Assembly: GCA_963781335.1 (NCBI GenBank)
Contig: CAWAFS010000031.1
Location: forward strand, 54,059 to 118,058
Direction of reading: 5' to 3'
From: an uncultured Actinomycetota bacterium
GTDB lineage: Bacteria > Actinomycetota > Actinomycetes > Propionibacteriales > Nocardioidaceae
Length of the DNA stretch: 64,000 bases
Part shown: one piece after another, positions 27,168 through 38,464 of the stretch
Layout of the letters: every line of letters starts with the position of its first letter
Position numbering within the stretch: the first letter of the stretch is position 1
Translations under genes and position numbers: made by a program
The notes under the pieces: generated by a model
What the model was told of the DNA's origin: nothing
Seen by the model: only the letters and a program-made list of their open reading frames with translations
Database searches by the model: none

Positions 27168-29183
27168 ATGCTTGCCAAGGATCTCGACCTGTTGCACTCC
27201 TGCGGACGCCCGAGTCTCACTCCCGACGGAGCCCTGGCGGTCGTCTCGGTGGTCGGTCCCGACCTGGAATCCGACAGCTACCGCGGCGGGCTGTGGGCGG
27301 TCCCGACCTCCGGCGGCTCGCCCGTCCGGCTGACCAACGGTGAGCGCGACCAGGCCCCGGCCGTGAGCCCCGACGGTCGGCTGGTGGCCTTCCTGCGCGC
27401 CGGGGAGGGCACGCCGCCGCAGGTGCACGTCACCGGCGTCGCCGGGGGAGAGCCGATGCGGCTCACCGACCACCCGCTCGGCGCGGGCGCACCGGTGTGG
27501 AGCCCCGACGGCACCCGCCTCGCCTACAGCGCCAGAGTGCCCGAGCCCGGTCGCTACGGCACCGAGGACGAGGACGGGAAGAAACCCGCTGCCGAGGCCG
27601 AGCCGGCGCGTCTGGTCACCGAGCTCGCCTACCGCCAGGACAACCTCGGCTTCACCCGGGACCGGCGCCAGCACGTGTTCGTGCTGGACCTGACGGAGCT
27701 CGATCTCGCGCCCGGAACCGACCTTCCCGACCTGCCGTTCACCCCACGCCAGCTCACCGCGGGTGACCACGACGACACCGAACCGACCTGGAGCCCCGAC
27801 GGGTCGACGATCGCCTTCGTCTCGGCGCGGCACGACGACCACGAGCGCGACCTGCGCTCGGCGGTGCACCTGGTCGCGGCCGATGCGACTGAGCCGGTGG
27901 CCGCGCCTCGGGCCGCCACGTCCGGTGACCTCTCCGTCAGCGGGGTGCACTGGCTGCCGGACGGTCGGTTGACGCTCGCCGCCGCGGACGTCGGGCCGGA
28001 GGGTCGTGACTTCGTGGGTCGGCCGGGTCAGCTGTGGGTCACGACCGCACCCGTCACGTCGCAAGTCGGTCCTCTCGAGGTCCGCGCGCTGACCGACGAG
28101 CAGGACACCCACGTCGAGGCCGGCTCGTCCGACCTGGTGGTGCTCGGCGACAGGGTGGTCGTGCGCGATGTGCACCGGGGCGCCGTACGCCTGCTGGCGC
28201 TGGATCCTGACGCCGCCGACCCGAGACCGGAGGTGCTGCTCGACGGGCACCTCGTGGTCTCCTCCCACGCCGTGTCGGCCGACGGATCCACGCTGGTCGC
28301 GGTTGCCGCCGACCAGGAGCGCGCCGGTGACCTGGCAGTGGTCCGCGACGGCGCTCCGCACTGGCTCACCGACGTCAGCGCCCGGCTCCGCGCCGCCGGC
28401 GTGTGCCCACTCCACGAGGTGGAGGCCCGCTCCGGCGACGGTCACCCGGTGCACGGCTGGGTGGTCCTGCCCGACCCGGAGGTCCATGGCCCCGGGCCGC
28501 ACCCGGTGCTGCTGAACATCCACGGTGGACCGTTCTCGTCCTACGACTGGGCGCTCTTCGACGAGGCGCAGCTGTACGCCGGGGCGGGCTATGCCGTCGC
28601 GATGTGCAACCCGCGTGGCTCCGCCGGCTACGGCCTCGATCACGGTCGTGCGATCCGGCACGCGATGGGCAGCCTCGACGCCGACGACGTGGTGGCGTTC
28701 CTCGACCAGGTGCTCGCGCAGGACGAGCTGCCGGTGGATCGCGACCGGGTCGGCGTGATGGGCGGGTCCTACGGCGGCTACCTGACCGCGCTGCTGACCA
28801 CCCGCACCAAGCGTTTCGCTGCCGCCGTGGTCGAGCGCGGCTACCTCGACGCGACCTCGTTCGTCGGGTCCTCCGACATCGGCTGGTTCTTCCCCGAGGA
28901 GTACCACGGTGCCGCCGAGGCGATGGTCGAGCAGAGCCCGATGACCCATGTCGCGGACGTGACCACGCCGACCCTGGTGATCCACTCCGAGACCGACTGG
29001 CGCACCCCTGTCGAGCAGGGGCAGCGCTGGTTCACCGCGCTGAAGTCGCGCGGCGTGCAAGCCGAACTACTGCTGTTCCCGGCCGAGAGCCACGAGCTCA
29101 GCCGTAGCGGACGCCCGCGCCATCGCCAGCAGCGCTTCGAGCACATCCTGCGCTGGTGGGCCGAGCACCTGCCGGTGGGCTGA
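27168..29183 (+). CDS. S9 family serine peptidase (beta-propeller plus alpha/beta hydrolase)
   Basis: TolB-like WD repeats (SPDG...) in the N-terminal half. Nucleophile motif GGSYGGY, and acid/His region HSETDWR...HEL. Confidence 0.88.
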   Translation: MLAKDLDLLHSCGRPSLTPDGALAVVSVVGPDLESDSYRGGLWAVPTSGGSPVRLTNGERDQAPAVSPDGRLVAFLRAGEGTPPQVHVTGVAGGEPMRLTDHPLGAGAPVWSPDGTRLAYSARVPEPGRYGTEDEDGKKPAAEAEPARLVTELAYRQDNLGFTRDRRQHVFVLDLTELDLAPGTDLPDLPFTPRQLTAGDHDDTEPTWSPDGSTIAFVSARHDDHERDLRSAVHLVAADATEPVAAPRAATSGDLSVSGVHWLPDGRLTLAAADVGPEGRDFVGRPGQLWVTTAPVTSQVGPLEVRALTDEQDTHVEAGSSDLVVLGDRVVVRDVHRGAVRLLALDPDAADPRPEVLLDGHLVVSSHAVSADGSTLVAVAADQERAGDLAVVRDGAPHWLTDVSARLRAAGVCPLHEVEARSGDGHPVHGWVVLPDPEVHGPGPHPVLLNIHGGPFSSYDWALFDEAQLYAGAGYAVAMCNPRGSAGYGLDHGRAIRHAMGSLDADDVVAFLDQVLAQDELPVDRDRVGVMGGSYGGYLTALLTTRTKRFAAAVVERGYLDATSFVGSSDIGWFFPEEYHGAAEAMVEQSPMTHVADVTTPTLVIHSETDWRTPVEQGQRWFTALKSRGVQAELLLFPAESHELSRSGRPRHRQQRFEHILRWWAEHLPVG

Positions 29184-29520
29184 GCCGTGCCGCAGCTCGC
29201 CTAGCCCGACGCCCGGTTCCGGGAGTCCTTCCGCGATGCCAGGGAGGAGTTCCGTGCCGCGTGATCGAGGTCAACGGGGGAGTGCTCGAGGACCAGCGCG
29301 GCGCAAAGCTGCGCTTCTGGATCCCCACCACGCCGACCTGAGGCGACGCTGGGAACCTGCCGGCGCCCTGTGCCGATGAAGCTCCGGTGATCGGGTGAAA
29401 CCGGCCCGTTGTCGCCACCAGCTCGGCCGCCTCCGCCTCGGTTCGGTGCAGCGTCCGCACGCGTGGGAAGATGGGGTTTCGCCCGAACCGAGGGCGTGTC
29501 ACCCCGATCGAGAGCAGTCC

Positions 29521-31401
<1,881 letters not shown>

Positions 31402-31409
31402 TTCCTCCC

Positions 31410-32336
31410 ATGGTTCAGCCCTTGCCTGACGGCGTCCTGGGGATGGCCCGACGAGGCTCGGCCTGGGCCGACTGGGTCGACCGGTTGCCGGCCGTCCTCG
31501 CAGAGCTGCTCGAGGAGTGGCAGCTGAGCCCCGACGGCTGGATGATGCACGGCTTCGTCGCCCTCGTCGTCCCCGTCCGCACCGCCGGCGGGCGTGGCGC
31601 GGTGCTGAAGATCAGCTTCCCGGACCAGGAGAGCGAGCACGAGCACCTCGCCCTGCAGCACTGGGGAGGTCACGGGGCGGTCCGGCTGCTACGAGCCGAT
31701 CCACATCGGTCGGCGTTGCTGCTGGAGCGTCTGCGCGAGCAGCGCCTCGACGACATCCCGGACCTCGAGGCATGCGAGATCGTCGCCGGGCTCTACGGGC
31801 TGCTCCATGTCCCCGCGTTGCCACAGCTGCGCCTCCTCACGTCGTACGTCGACACGTGGTCCGCCGAGCTGGCGGCGCTGCCCCGCAACGCGCCGCTCCC
31901 CAGACGACTGGTCGAGCAGGCGATCTCTCTCTCGCGTGACTTCGTGACCGACCCGGGCAGCAGCGGGACGATGATCCATGGTGACCTGCACTACGAGAAC
32001 GTGATGGCGGCGGATCGATCGCCCTGGCTGGCGATCGACCCCAAGCCGATGAACGGCGACCCGCACTACGAGCCGGCGCCGATGCTCTGGAGCCGGTTCG
32101 ACGAGCTGGCCGCAGCCCACAGCGGCCAGAGTGTTCGTGACGGTGTCAGGCGGCGTTTCCACGCCCTGGTCGACCACGCGGGTCTCGACGAGCACCGCGC
32201 CCGTGACTGGGTCGTCGTACGCATGCTGAACAACGCGTGCTGGCGGCTGCAGGATCCCCCCGAGGTGCAGCGGCTGACCCCCACCGAGGACCACCTGACG
32301 ATGTGCATCGCCGTGGCCAAGGCGGTGCAGGACTAA
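31410..32336 (+). CDS. aminoglycoside phosphotransferase family protein (APH(6)/streptomycin-kinase-like)
   Basis: Kinase catalytic loop IHGDLHYENV and IDPKP. N-terminal pattern WADWVDRLP...LLEEWQL is typical of APH(6)-like proteins. Confidence 0.75.
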   Translation: MVQPLPDGVLGMARRGSAWADWVDRLPAVLAELLEEWQLSPDGWMMHGFVALVVPVRTAGGRGAVLKISFPDQESEHEHLALQHWGGHGAVRLLRADPHRSALLLERLREQRLDDIPDLEACEIVAGLYGLLHVPALPQLRLLTSYVDTWSAELAALPRNAPLPRRLVEQAISLSRDFVTDPGSSGTMIHGDLHYENVMAADRSPWLAIDPKPMNGDPHYEPAPMLWSRFDELAAAHSGQSVRDGVRRRFHALVDHAGLDEHRARDWVVVRMLNNACWRLQDPPEVQRLTPTEDHLTMCIAVAKAVQD

Positions 32337-33598
32337 CGCAGCCGGTCGCGACGGCCTCGCAGGAACTGCCGCTCAGCCTCGTTGCCTGCGAGCTCGATCG
32401 ACCTGTCGTAGGCGAGCCGCGCCTCGTCCTCGCGCCCCAGCCTGCGCAGCAGGTCGGCCCGGGTCGCGTGCCAGGCGTGGTAGCGCTCCAGCACGAGCGG
32501 CTCCACCAGGGCGAGGGCACGCTCAGGACCGTCGAGCTCGGCCACGGCCACGGCGCGGTTCAGGGCGACCACCGGGTTGGGCGTGACCGCCAGGAGCTGG
32601 TCGAAGAGCTGGAGCACCTGGGACCAGTCCGTCATCGACGCCTCGAGCGCGTCGGTGTGCACCGCGTTGATCGCAGCCTGCAGCTGGTAGGGCCCCGGCC
32701 GGTTCAGGGCCAGACAACCGCGCACCAGGCGGTGCCCCTCGTCGATCTTCGCAGCGTCCCAGAGGGTCCGGTCCTGCTCGTCTAGCGGGACCAGGGTGCC
32801 GTCCCGGACACGGGCCGGGGCGCGGCAGTCGACCAGCAACATCAGCGCGAGCAGTCCCTCGACCTCTGGCACAGGACCCAGGGACGGTGTCGCGCGGACC
32901 ATGTCGCGCAGCTGCCGGGCGAGCCGGATCGCCTCAGTCGTCAGGTCGGTGCGCAGGGCCTGGCCCGAGGAGCCCAGATATCCCTCGTTGAACACCAGGT
33001 AGAGCACGGCGAGCACCCCGGCGAGCCGTTCGGGCAGGTCCTCGGGGCCAGGGATCCGATAGGGGATGTGCGCGGCCCTGATCTTCTGCTTCGACCGGGT
33101 GACCCGCTGCGCCATCGTGGTCTCCGGCACCAGAAAGGCCGCGGCGATCTCGGCGACCGTGAGCCCGCCCAGCATGCGCAGCGTGAGCGCGACCCGGTTC
33201 TCGGGTGCGAGCGCAGGGTGGCAGCAGGTGAACACCAGGCGCAGTCGATCGTCCTCGACCGGACCGGTCGGTTCGGGGGGCTGATCGGGGATGCGGTCGT
33301 TCATGCGTGCGACCTCGGCGTACTTGTCCTGGCGGCGCTTCTCCCGGCGAAGACGGTCGAGCACCTTGTTGCCCGCCACGGTGGTCAGCCACCCGCCGGG
33401 GTTCGGCGGAACCCCCTCGGCCGGCCAGCGCTCAGCGGCCACGAGCAGCGCCTCGCCCGTGGCGTCCTCGGCAAGGTCGAGATCGCCGAACCGACGAGTC
33501 AGGCTGGCCACGACCCGGCCGTGCTCGGCACGGAAGACGGACGCGAGCTCGATGCCGTTGTCGTCTGCCGCGCCGGCTGGCGCCATCGGAGTGCTCAC
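32333..33598 (-). CDS. ECF-type RNA polymerase sigma factor with long C-terminal (TPR-like) extension
   Basis: Sigma region 2 (DLAEDATGEALLVAAERW) and region 4 (GGLTVAEIAAAFLVPETTMAQRVTRSK), plus about 230 aa C-terminal domain. Overlaps the upstream YCII gene. Confidence 0.85.
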   Translation of the reverse strand: MSTPMAPAGAADDNGIELASVFRAEHGRVVASLTRRFGDLDLAEDATGEALLVAAERWPAEGVPPNPGGWLTTVAGNKVLDRLRREKRRQDKYAEVARMNDRIPDQPPEPTGPVEDDRLRLVFTCCHPALAPENRVALTLRMLGGLTVAEIAAAFLVPETTMAQRVTRSKQKIRAAHIPYRIPGPEDLPERLAGVLAVLYLVFNEGYLGSSGQALRTDLTTEAIRLARQLRDMVRATPSLGPVPEVEGLLALMLLVDCRAPARVRDGTLVPLDEQDRTLWDAAKIDEGHRLVRGCLALNRPGPYQLQAAINAVHTDALEASMTDWSQVLQLFDQLLAVTPNPVVALNRAVAVAELDGPERALALVEPLVLERYHAWHATRADLLRRLGREDEARLAYDRSIELAGNEAERQFLRGRRDRLR

Positions 33599-33948
33599 TC
33601 GGCCTGGAACGGGCGCACCTCCACGGCGCCCATGCAGGCGGCCGACCCCTTCGTCGCGATGGCCAGGGCTGCGTCCAGGTCGGTGGCCTCGATGACCCAG
33701 AAGCCACCGAGCTGCTCCTTCGTCTCGGCGTAGGGGCCGTCGCTGACCAGGACGTCCGTGCCGGTGGCGTCGACGACGGTTGCCCGGGACGGCGGCTCGA
33801 GGCCTCCTGCGAAGACCCAGCTGCCGCTGTCCTGCAGCTCCTGGTTGAACGCGTCGACCTTGGCGAAGACCTCCTGCATGTCGACGCCCTCCGCAACCCA
33901 GTCCGGGCCCTCTTCGGCGTGGATGACGGAAATCATGTACTGCGTCAT
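33595..33948 (-). CDS. YCII-related domain protein
   Basis: MTQYMISVIH...DGPYAETKEQLGGFWVIEA. Start at ATG 33948 with GAGGAG upstream. The usual partner of this sigma-factor type. Confidence 0.85.
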   Translation of the reverse strand: MTQYMISVIHAEEGPDWVAEGVDMQEVFAKVDAFNQELQDSGSWVFAGGLEPPSRATVVDATGTDVLVSDGPYAETKEQLGGFWVIEATDLDAALAIATKGSAACMGAVEVRPFQAE

Positions 33949-34148
33949 GTCGTGCTCCTCAAGTGTTGCCTGCGGTCGAGGCGGTACGTCGTACCGACCC
34001 ATCATGTCGACTACTCCACGAACGGGGTCCGGCGGATACGACACCTCGAACGAAGCACTGTGTCCAGGCCGACGGCCCGCTGTGGACTCCGACCTGACAA
34101 TTAGTTCGATTCCACCCAGGAGGCGCCGATGTTGTCCATACTTTTCTG

Positions 34149-34841
34149 GTGAGTTACCCCAGGACACGGTCGGACGTCGAGGCGTGGCAGCCCGAGGCGC
34201 GCAAACCGCTGGGAGCCTCGTTCGCCCGGCTCGCGGACTGGCTGGGCCGAGCTCTGTGGCTGTGTTGCGCGATCAGTGCCGTCTCGCTCGTCGTCGAGCT
34301 GTGGGGGAGCTCTGCGCCGGAGTCCGGGATGGGCGCGGGGCAGGTCCTGGGCACGACGATCCCGGACTTCGACGCGGTCTCCGCGATGGTGTCGCTCGTG
34401 GGCCTGGTGGCCCTCATCGTCACCGGGGTGATCTGGCTCGCATGGCAACACCTCGCGGCGAGCGCGGCAGGGGGGGAGCTGCGGCGCTCGCCCGGGGCAC
34501 ACGTCGGCTCGTGGTTCGTTCCGGTCGCGAACCTGTGGCTGGTGCCCCAGAACCTGGCAGACCTGTGGCGGACCTATCGCGCTCCGCGGCGCCGGTCCGA
34601 GGTGCCACCCGGACCACCGGTGCTCGTCTACGTCTGGTGGTTGACCTGGATCGCAGCATCTGTTGCGAACGTGGGGGCGGCGGTGGTCGAGGTCCAGGCA
34701 ACCACGCCGGCCGACCTCCAGCTGGCGGGGCTGCTCCGCAGCGTCGGCGCGCTGGTGACGGCGCTGGCAGCCGGGATCGCGGCGAAACTGGTGCGACTGC
34801 TGAGCTGGTATGCACTGCTTGTGCACGCTGACGCGGCCTGA
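34149..34841 (+). CDS. DUF4328 domain membrane protein
   Basis: Conserved GSWFVPVANLWLVPQNLADLW core and four TM helices. Confidence 0.7.
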   Translation: MSYPRTRSDVEAWQPEARKPLGASFARLADWLGRALWLCCAISAVSLVVELWGSSAPESGMGAGQVLGTTIPDFDAVSAMVSLVGLVALIVTGVIWLAWQHLAASAAGGELRRSPGAHVGSWFVPVANLWLVPQNLADLWRTYRAPRRRSEVPPGPPVLVYVWWLTWIAASVANVGAAVVEVQATTPADLQLAGLLRSVGALVTALAAGIAAKLVRLLSWYALLVHADAA

Positions 34842-34952
34842 CACGGGGCTGGATCAGAGACCTGCGACAAATCCGGCATTCACCGTTTGCCCATTGCCGC
34901 TGACCTGCCCTCGCAAGTACCTTCCGGACAGGTAGCCGTCCACGGGGGGGTC

Positions 34953-37676
34953 ATGACGTTGTCACAGGCGCACCCGCGCCGTCTCACAGCCGCACTGATC
35001 GGATGGCTGTTGCTGACTGCCCTGGTCACGGTTCTCACGTCCTCCTCGTCGCACGCAGCCGAGTCGCCCGTGCTGGTCCCGTCCAACGCCGAGACCGCGC
35101 CGGTCCTCCACTCCGGTGACGCCATGGACGACCCGGCGATCTGGGTGCACCCCACGGATCCGTCCCGTTCGCTGCTGATGGGCAATGACAAGGCCGGCGG
35201 CTTCGAGACCTACGACCTCGACGGCACGCTGGTCCAGCGGCTCGCGATCGGCTCGCAGTTCTGGGGCAACGTCGACGTGCGTCAGGGCGTCACCATCGGC
35301 GGCCACAGCAGGGACGTCGTCGGCGTCATCCAGAGGGGTGTGCGCTTCTACGACGTGGACCCGACCACCCGACTGCTCTCGTCCGCGACCGAGGACTCGG
35401 CCCCGATCGGGGTCAGCGGGGAGGGCTTCTGCCTCTACGAGAGCCCGACCACCGAGAAGGTCTACGGCATCTCGATCACGATCGGGGGCGTGGTCAACCA
35501 GTTCGAGCTGCTCGACGCGGACGAGGACGGCTTGCTGGAGAGCAACACGGTGCGGACCTTCTCGGTGGGGTCCGAGGCCGAGGGCTGCGTCGCCGACGAC
35601 GACACCGGCGCCCTCTACATCAGCGAGGAGAACGAGGCACTCTGGCGCTACTCCGCAGAGCCCGATGCCGGCACCGCACGAGTGGCGGTCGACGTGCTGC
35701 AGGAGGCGGGCGGTCACCTGGTCAACGACATCGAGGGGGTGACGATCGTCGACCAGGGCGAGGGCGCCGGTTTCGTGATCGTCTCGGTGCAGAACTCGCC
35801 GGACCCGCACGCGTCGTACTTCAGTGTCTACCGGCGCGAAGCCGGCAACGCGTTCGTGAGCACCTTTCGGGTCGCGGACGGCGCCGAGTCGGACGACTGT
35901 GACCGCACCGACGGCATCACCGCGGTCACCGCCGATCTCGGGCCGGCCTTCCCGCGAGGCATGTTCGTGTGCCAGGACAACAACAACAACCTGCCTGGCA
36001 CGAGCGGCAACCAGAACCTGAAGATGGTGCGCCTGGAGAACGTCGTCAACCTCGACGGGGGCCCACCGCCACCGCCTCCGCCGCCACCGCCTCCGCCACC
36101 GCCCACCGGCGAGATCTCCTTCATCGGGAGGTCCACGAGCAACACCAACGCAGGCAACTTCACCGTCCAGGTGCCGCCTGCCGCGCGGACCGGTGACGCA
36201 CTGCTGCTGTTCGTCTCGCAGGGGACCGCGACGAACCTCGGCAACCCCGGCGCCGGCTGGGCCCAGGCCGGCCGGGTCGTCGATGGCACACATGTCACGA
36301 CGATCTGGCGCAAGGTGGCCACCGCCAGCGACCCGGGCGCCGCGGTCAACCTCAGCAGCGGCACCACCTATACCAAGGTGGGGCTGACCCTCGCGGCCTA
36401 TCGCGGCACCGACCCCACGAACCCGGTGGGTTCGATCCTGGGTGCCCCGGAGCCTGGAAGCACCGCGTCGCACAGCAGTCCGGTCGTGAGCAACGACGTC
36501 GCCGGAGCCTGGCGGGTGTCATTCTGGTCGGACCGGAACAGCTCGACCACGAGCTGGACCGGACCTGCCTCCGACACCGTCCGCGGGACCTCGTTCGGCA
36601 GCGGCGGTGGCCGGGTCGGGATGCTGCTGACCGACTCGGCGGCGGCCCTGACCGCTGGAACACCGGCCTCGACGGGCGGGCTGGTCGCCCGGGCCAACGC
36701 GGCTGCCAGCACCGCGACTGCGTGGACCGTGCTGCTGAGGCCCGCAGCGCCACCCCCACCACCCCCGCCACTTGGCAACGAACCGCCCGTTGCCCGGTTC
36801 ACCTGGGACTGTGAGGACCTGGTGTGCTCCTTCGACGGCAGCACCTCCAGCGACGTGGAGGACAGCATCGCGTCCTACGCCTGGTCCTTCGCCGACGGGA
36901 ACACCGAGGTCGGAGCCACTCCGGTGCACACGTTCGCCGAGCCCGGCAGCTATCGGGTCGACCTGACGGTCGAAGACGACGACGATGCGACCGACACGGT
37001 CACCCACACCGTCGTGGTCGGGGACCAGCCGGCGATCCCGATCGCGTTCGTGGGCCAGGCGACCCGCAACGCGAACAACACCGCGTTCGCGGTGCAGGTG
37101 CCGTCCTCCGTGGAGACCGGCGACGCGCTGCTGCTGTTCGCCTCGCAGGCGGGCACCGCCACGTTGACCGGTCCGGGGGCTGGATGGACGCAGGAGGGTC
37201 GCGTGGTCGACGGCGCGCACACCACCACCGCATGGAGCCGGGTGGCCACGGCCGGAGACGCAGGCAGCACCGTCCGGCTGACCAGTGCTGCCTACACCAA
37301 GGTCGCCCTGACCCTGGCCGCCTACCGGGGCGTCCACCCGACCAACCCGATTCTCAGCGTCACTGGCTTCGGCGAGCCTGGAAGCGCGGGCGCGCACACC
37401 ACCCCGACGGTTGCCAACAGCACGACTGGCGCGTGGCGGGTCTCCTACTGGTCGGACCGGAACAGCGCCACCACCGGCTGGACGAACCCGGCGGGTGAGA
37501 CGCGGCGCGCGTTCACCGCTGGCGACGGCGGGGGGCGGATCGGCAGCCTGCTGACCGATCCAGGTTCGGCCCTCGCGGCCGGTGCTCCGGCGACCACAGG
37601 TGGAATCACTGCGACCGCGAATGCGGCCAGCAGCACCGCGACTGCGTGGACGGTCCTGCTGCGTCCTGCCGGCTGA
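34953..37676 (+). CDS. secreted multidomain protein: beta-propeller phytase, poly-Pro linker, unknown domain, PKD, unknown domain
   Basis: Signal peptide from ATG 34953. Phytase motifs DDPAIWVHP and EGCVADDDTGALYISEENEALWRYSAEPD are close to Bacillus PhyC-type motifs. 14-Pro run at 36063..36104. PKD (YAWSFADGN...HTFAEPGSYRVDLTVEDDD). Two ~215-aa paralogous domains at about 36105..36749 and 37020..37673. Confidence 0.85.
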   Translation: MTLSQAHPRRLTAALIGWLLLTALVTVLTSSSSHAAESPVLVPSNAETAPVLHSGDAMDDPAIWVHPTDPSRSLLMGNDKAGGFETYDLDGTLVQRLAIGSQFWGNVDVRQGVTIGGHSRDVVGVIQRGVRFYDVDPTTRLLSSATEDSAPIGVSGEGFCLYESPTTEKVYGISITIGGVVNQFELLDADEDGLLESNTVRTFSVGSEAEGCVADDDTGALYISEENEALWRYSAEPDAGTARVAVDVLQEAGGHLVNDIEGVTIVDQGEGAGFVIVSVQNSPDPHASYFSVYRREAGNAFVSTFRVADGAESDDCDRTDGITAVTADLGPAFPRGMFVCQDNNNNLPGTSGNQNLKMVRLENVVNLDGGPPPPPPPPPPPPPPTGEISFIGRSTSNTNAGNFTVQVPPAARTGDALLLFVSQGTATNLGNPGAGWAQAGRVVDGTHVTTIWRKVATASDPGAAVNLSSGTTYTKVGLTLAAYRGTDPTNPVGSILGAPEPGSTASHSSPVVSNDVAGAWRVSFWSDRNSSTTSWTGPASDTVRGTSFGSGGGRVGMLLTDSAAALTAGTPASTGGLVARANAAASTATAWTVLLRPAAPPPPPPPLGNEPPVARFTWDCEDLVCSFDGSTSSDVEDSIASYAWSFADGNTEVGATPVHTFAEPGSYRVDLTVEDDDDATDTVTHTVVVGDQPAIPIAFVGQATRNANNTAFAVQVPSSVETGDALLLFASQAGTATLTGPGAGWTQEGRVVDGAHTTTAWSRVATAGDAGSTVRLTSAAYTKVALTLAAYRGVHPTNPILSVTGFGEPGSAGAHTTPTVANSTTGAWRVSYWSDRNSATTGWTNPAGETRRAFTAGDGGGRIGSLLTDPGSALAAGAPATTGGITATANAASSTATAWTVLLRPAG

Positions 37677-37720
37677 CGGCTGCTCCCACACCGGGCTCGG
37701 GGACCTGAGAGGATCGCGGC

Positions 37721-38398
37721 ATGGCTGAGGTGCTCTCGATCAACGTCGGCACGCCGCGCGAGGTCAACTGGGCCGGCATCGGGAGGACGTCCATCGACAA
37801 GCACTCCCTGACCGGCCGCGTCCAGGTCGCTCGTCACGGTCTCGCGGGTGATCAGGTCTCCGACACGGCGCACCACGGTGGCATCGACCAGGCCGTCTAC
37901 GCGTTCGCCCGAGAGGATCTCGACTGGTGGGAGCGCGAGCTCGGCGGCGGGATCCGCGATGGCCAGTTCGGGGAGAACCTGACGACGCGAGGGATCGACG
38001 TGAACGAGTCCGAGGTGGGGGAGCGGTGGAGCGTCGGTTCGGCCACCTTCGAGGTCGCGATGGTCCGGACTCCGTGCAACGACTTCAAGAACTGGCAGCG
38101 CCTCAACGGGTACGACGACCGCGCCTGGGTGAAGCGGTTCGCGCAGGTCGGCCGTCCGGGCGCCTACCTGCGGGTCATTCAGGCGGGTGAGATCCAGGCA
38201 GGTGATGACCTGGTCGTCGTACACCAGCCCGGGCACGGGGTCACCGTGTCCAGGATGTTCCGGGCCCTGCTGCTCGACCGCTCCTTGCTGCCTGAGCTGC
38301 TCAAGGTCGACAATTTGGCCGATGTCGCCCGCCGCAGGGTCGAGGCATTCGTGGCTCAGCGCGAGGGCGGGGGTGTCACGAGGCCACCTGTGATCTAG
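37721..38398 (+). CDS. MOSC domain-containing protein
   Basis: SINVG.P......SID K pattern, HGGIDQAVYAF, RTPCNDF Cys motif. Confidence 0.85.
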   Translation: MAEVLSINVGTPREVNWAGIGRTSIDKHSLTGRVQVARHGLAGDQVSDTAHHGGIDQAVYAFAREDLDWWERELGGGIRDGQFGENLTTRGIDVNESEVGERWSVGSATFEVAMVRTPCNDFKNWQRLNGYDDRAWVKRFAQVGRPGAYLRVIQAGEIQAGDDLVVVHQPGHGVTVSRMFRALLLDRSLLPELLKVDNLADVARRRVEAFVAQREGGGVTRPPVI

Positions 38399-38464
38399 GT
38401 TACGTACCAGTAATCCACTAGCGATCCGTCGAACCGGACAGAGAAGCCCACCCAGGAGCATCAC

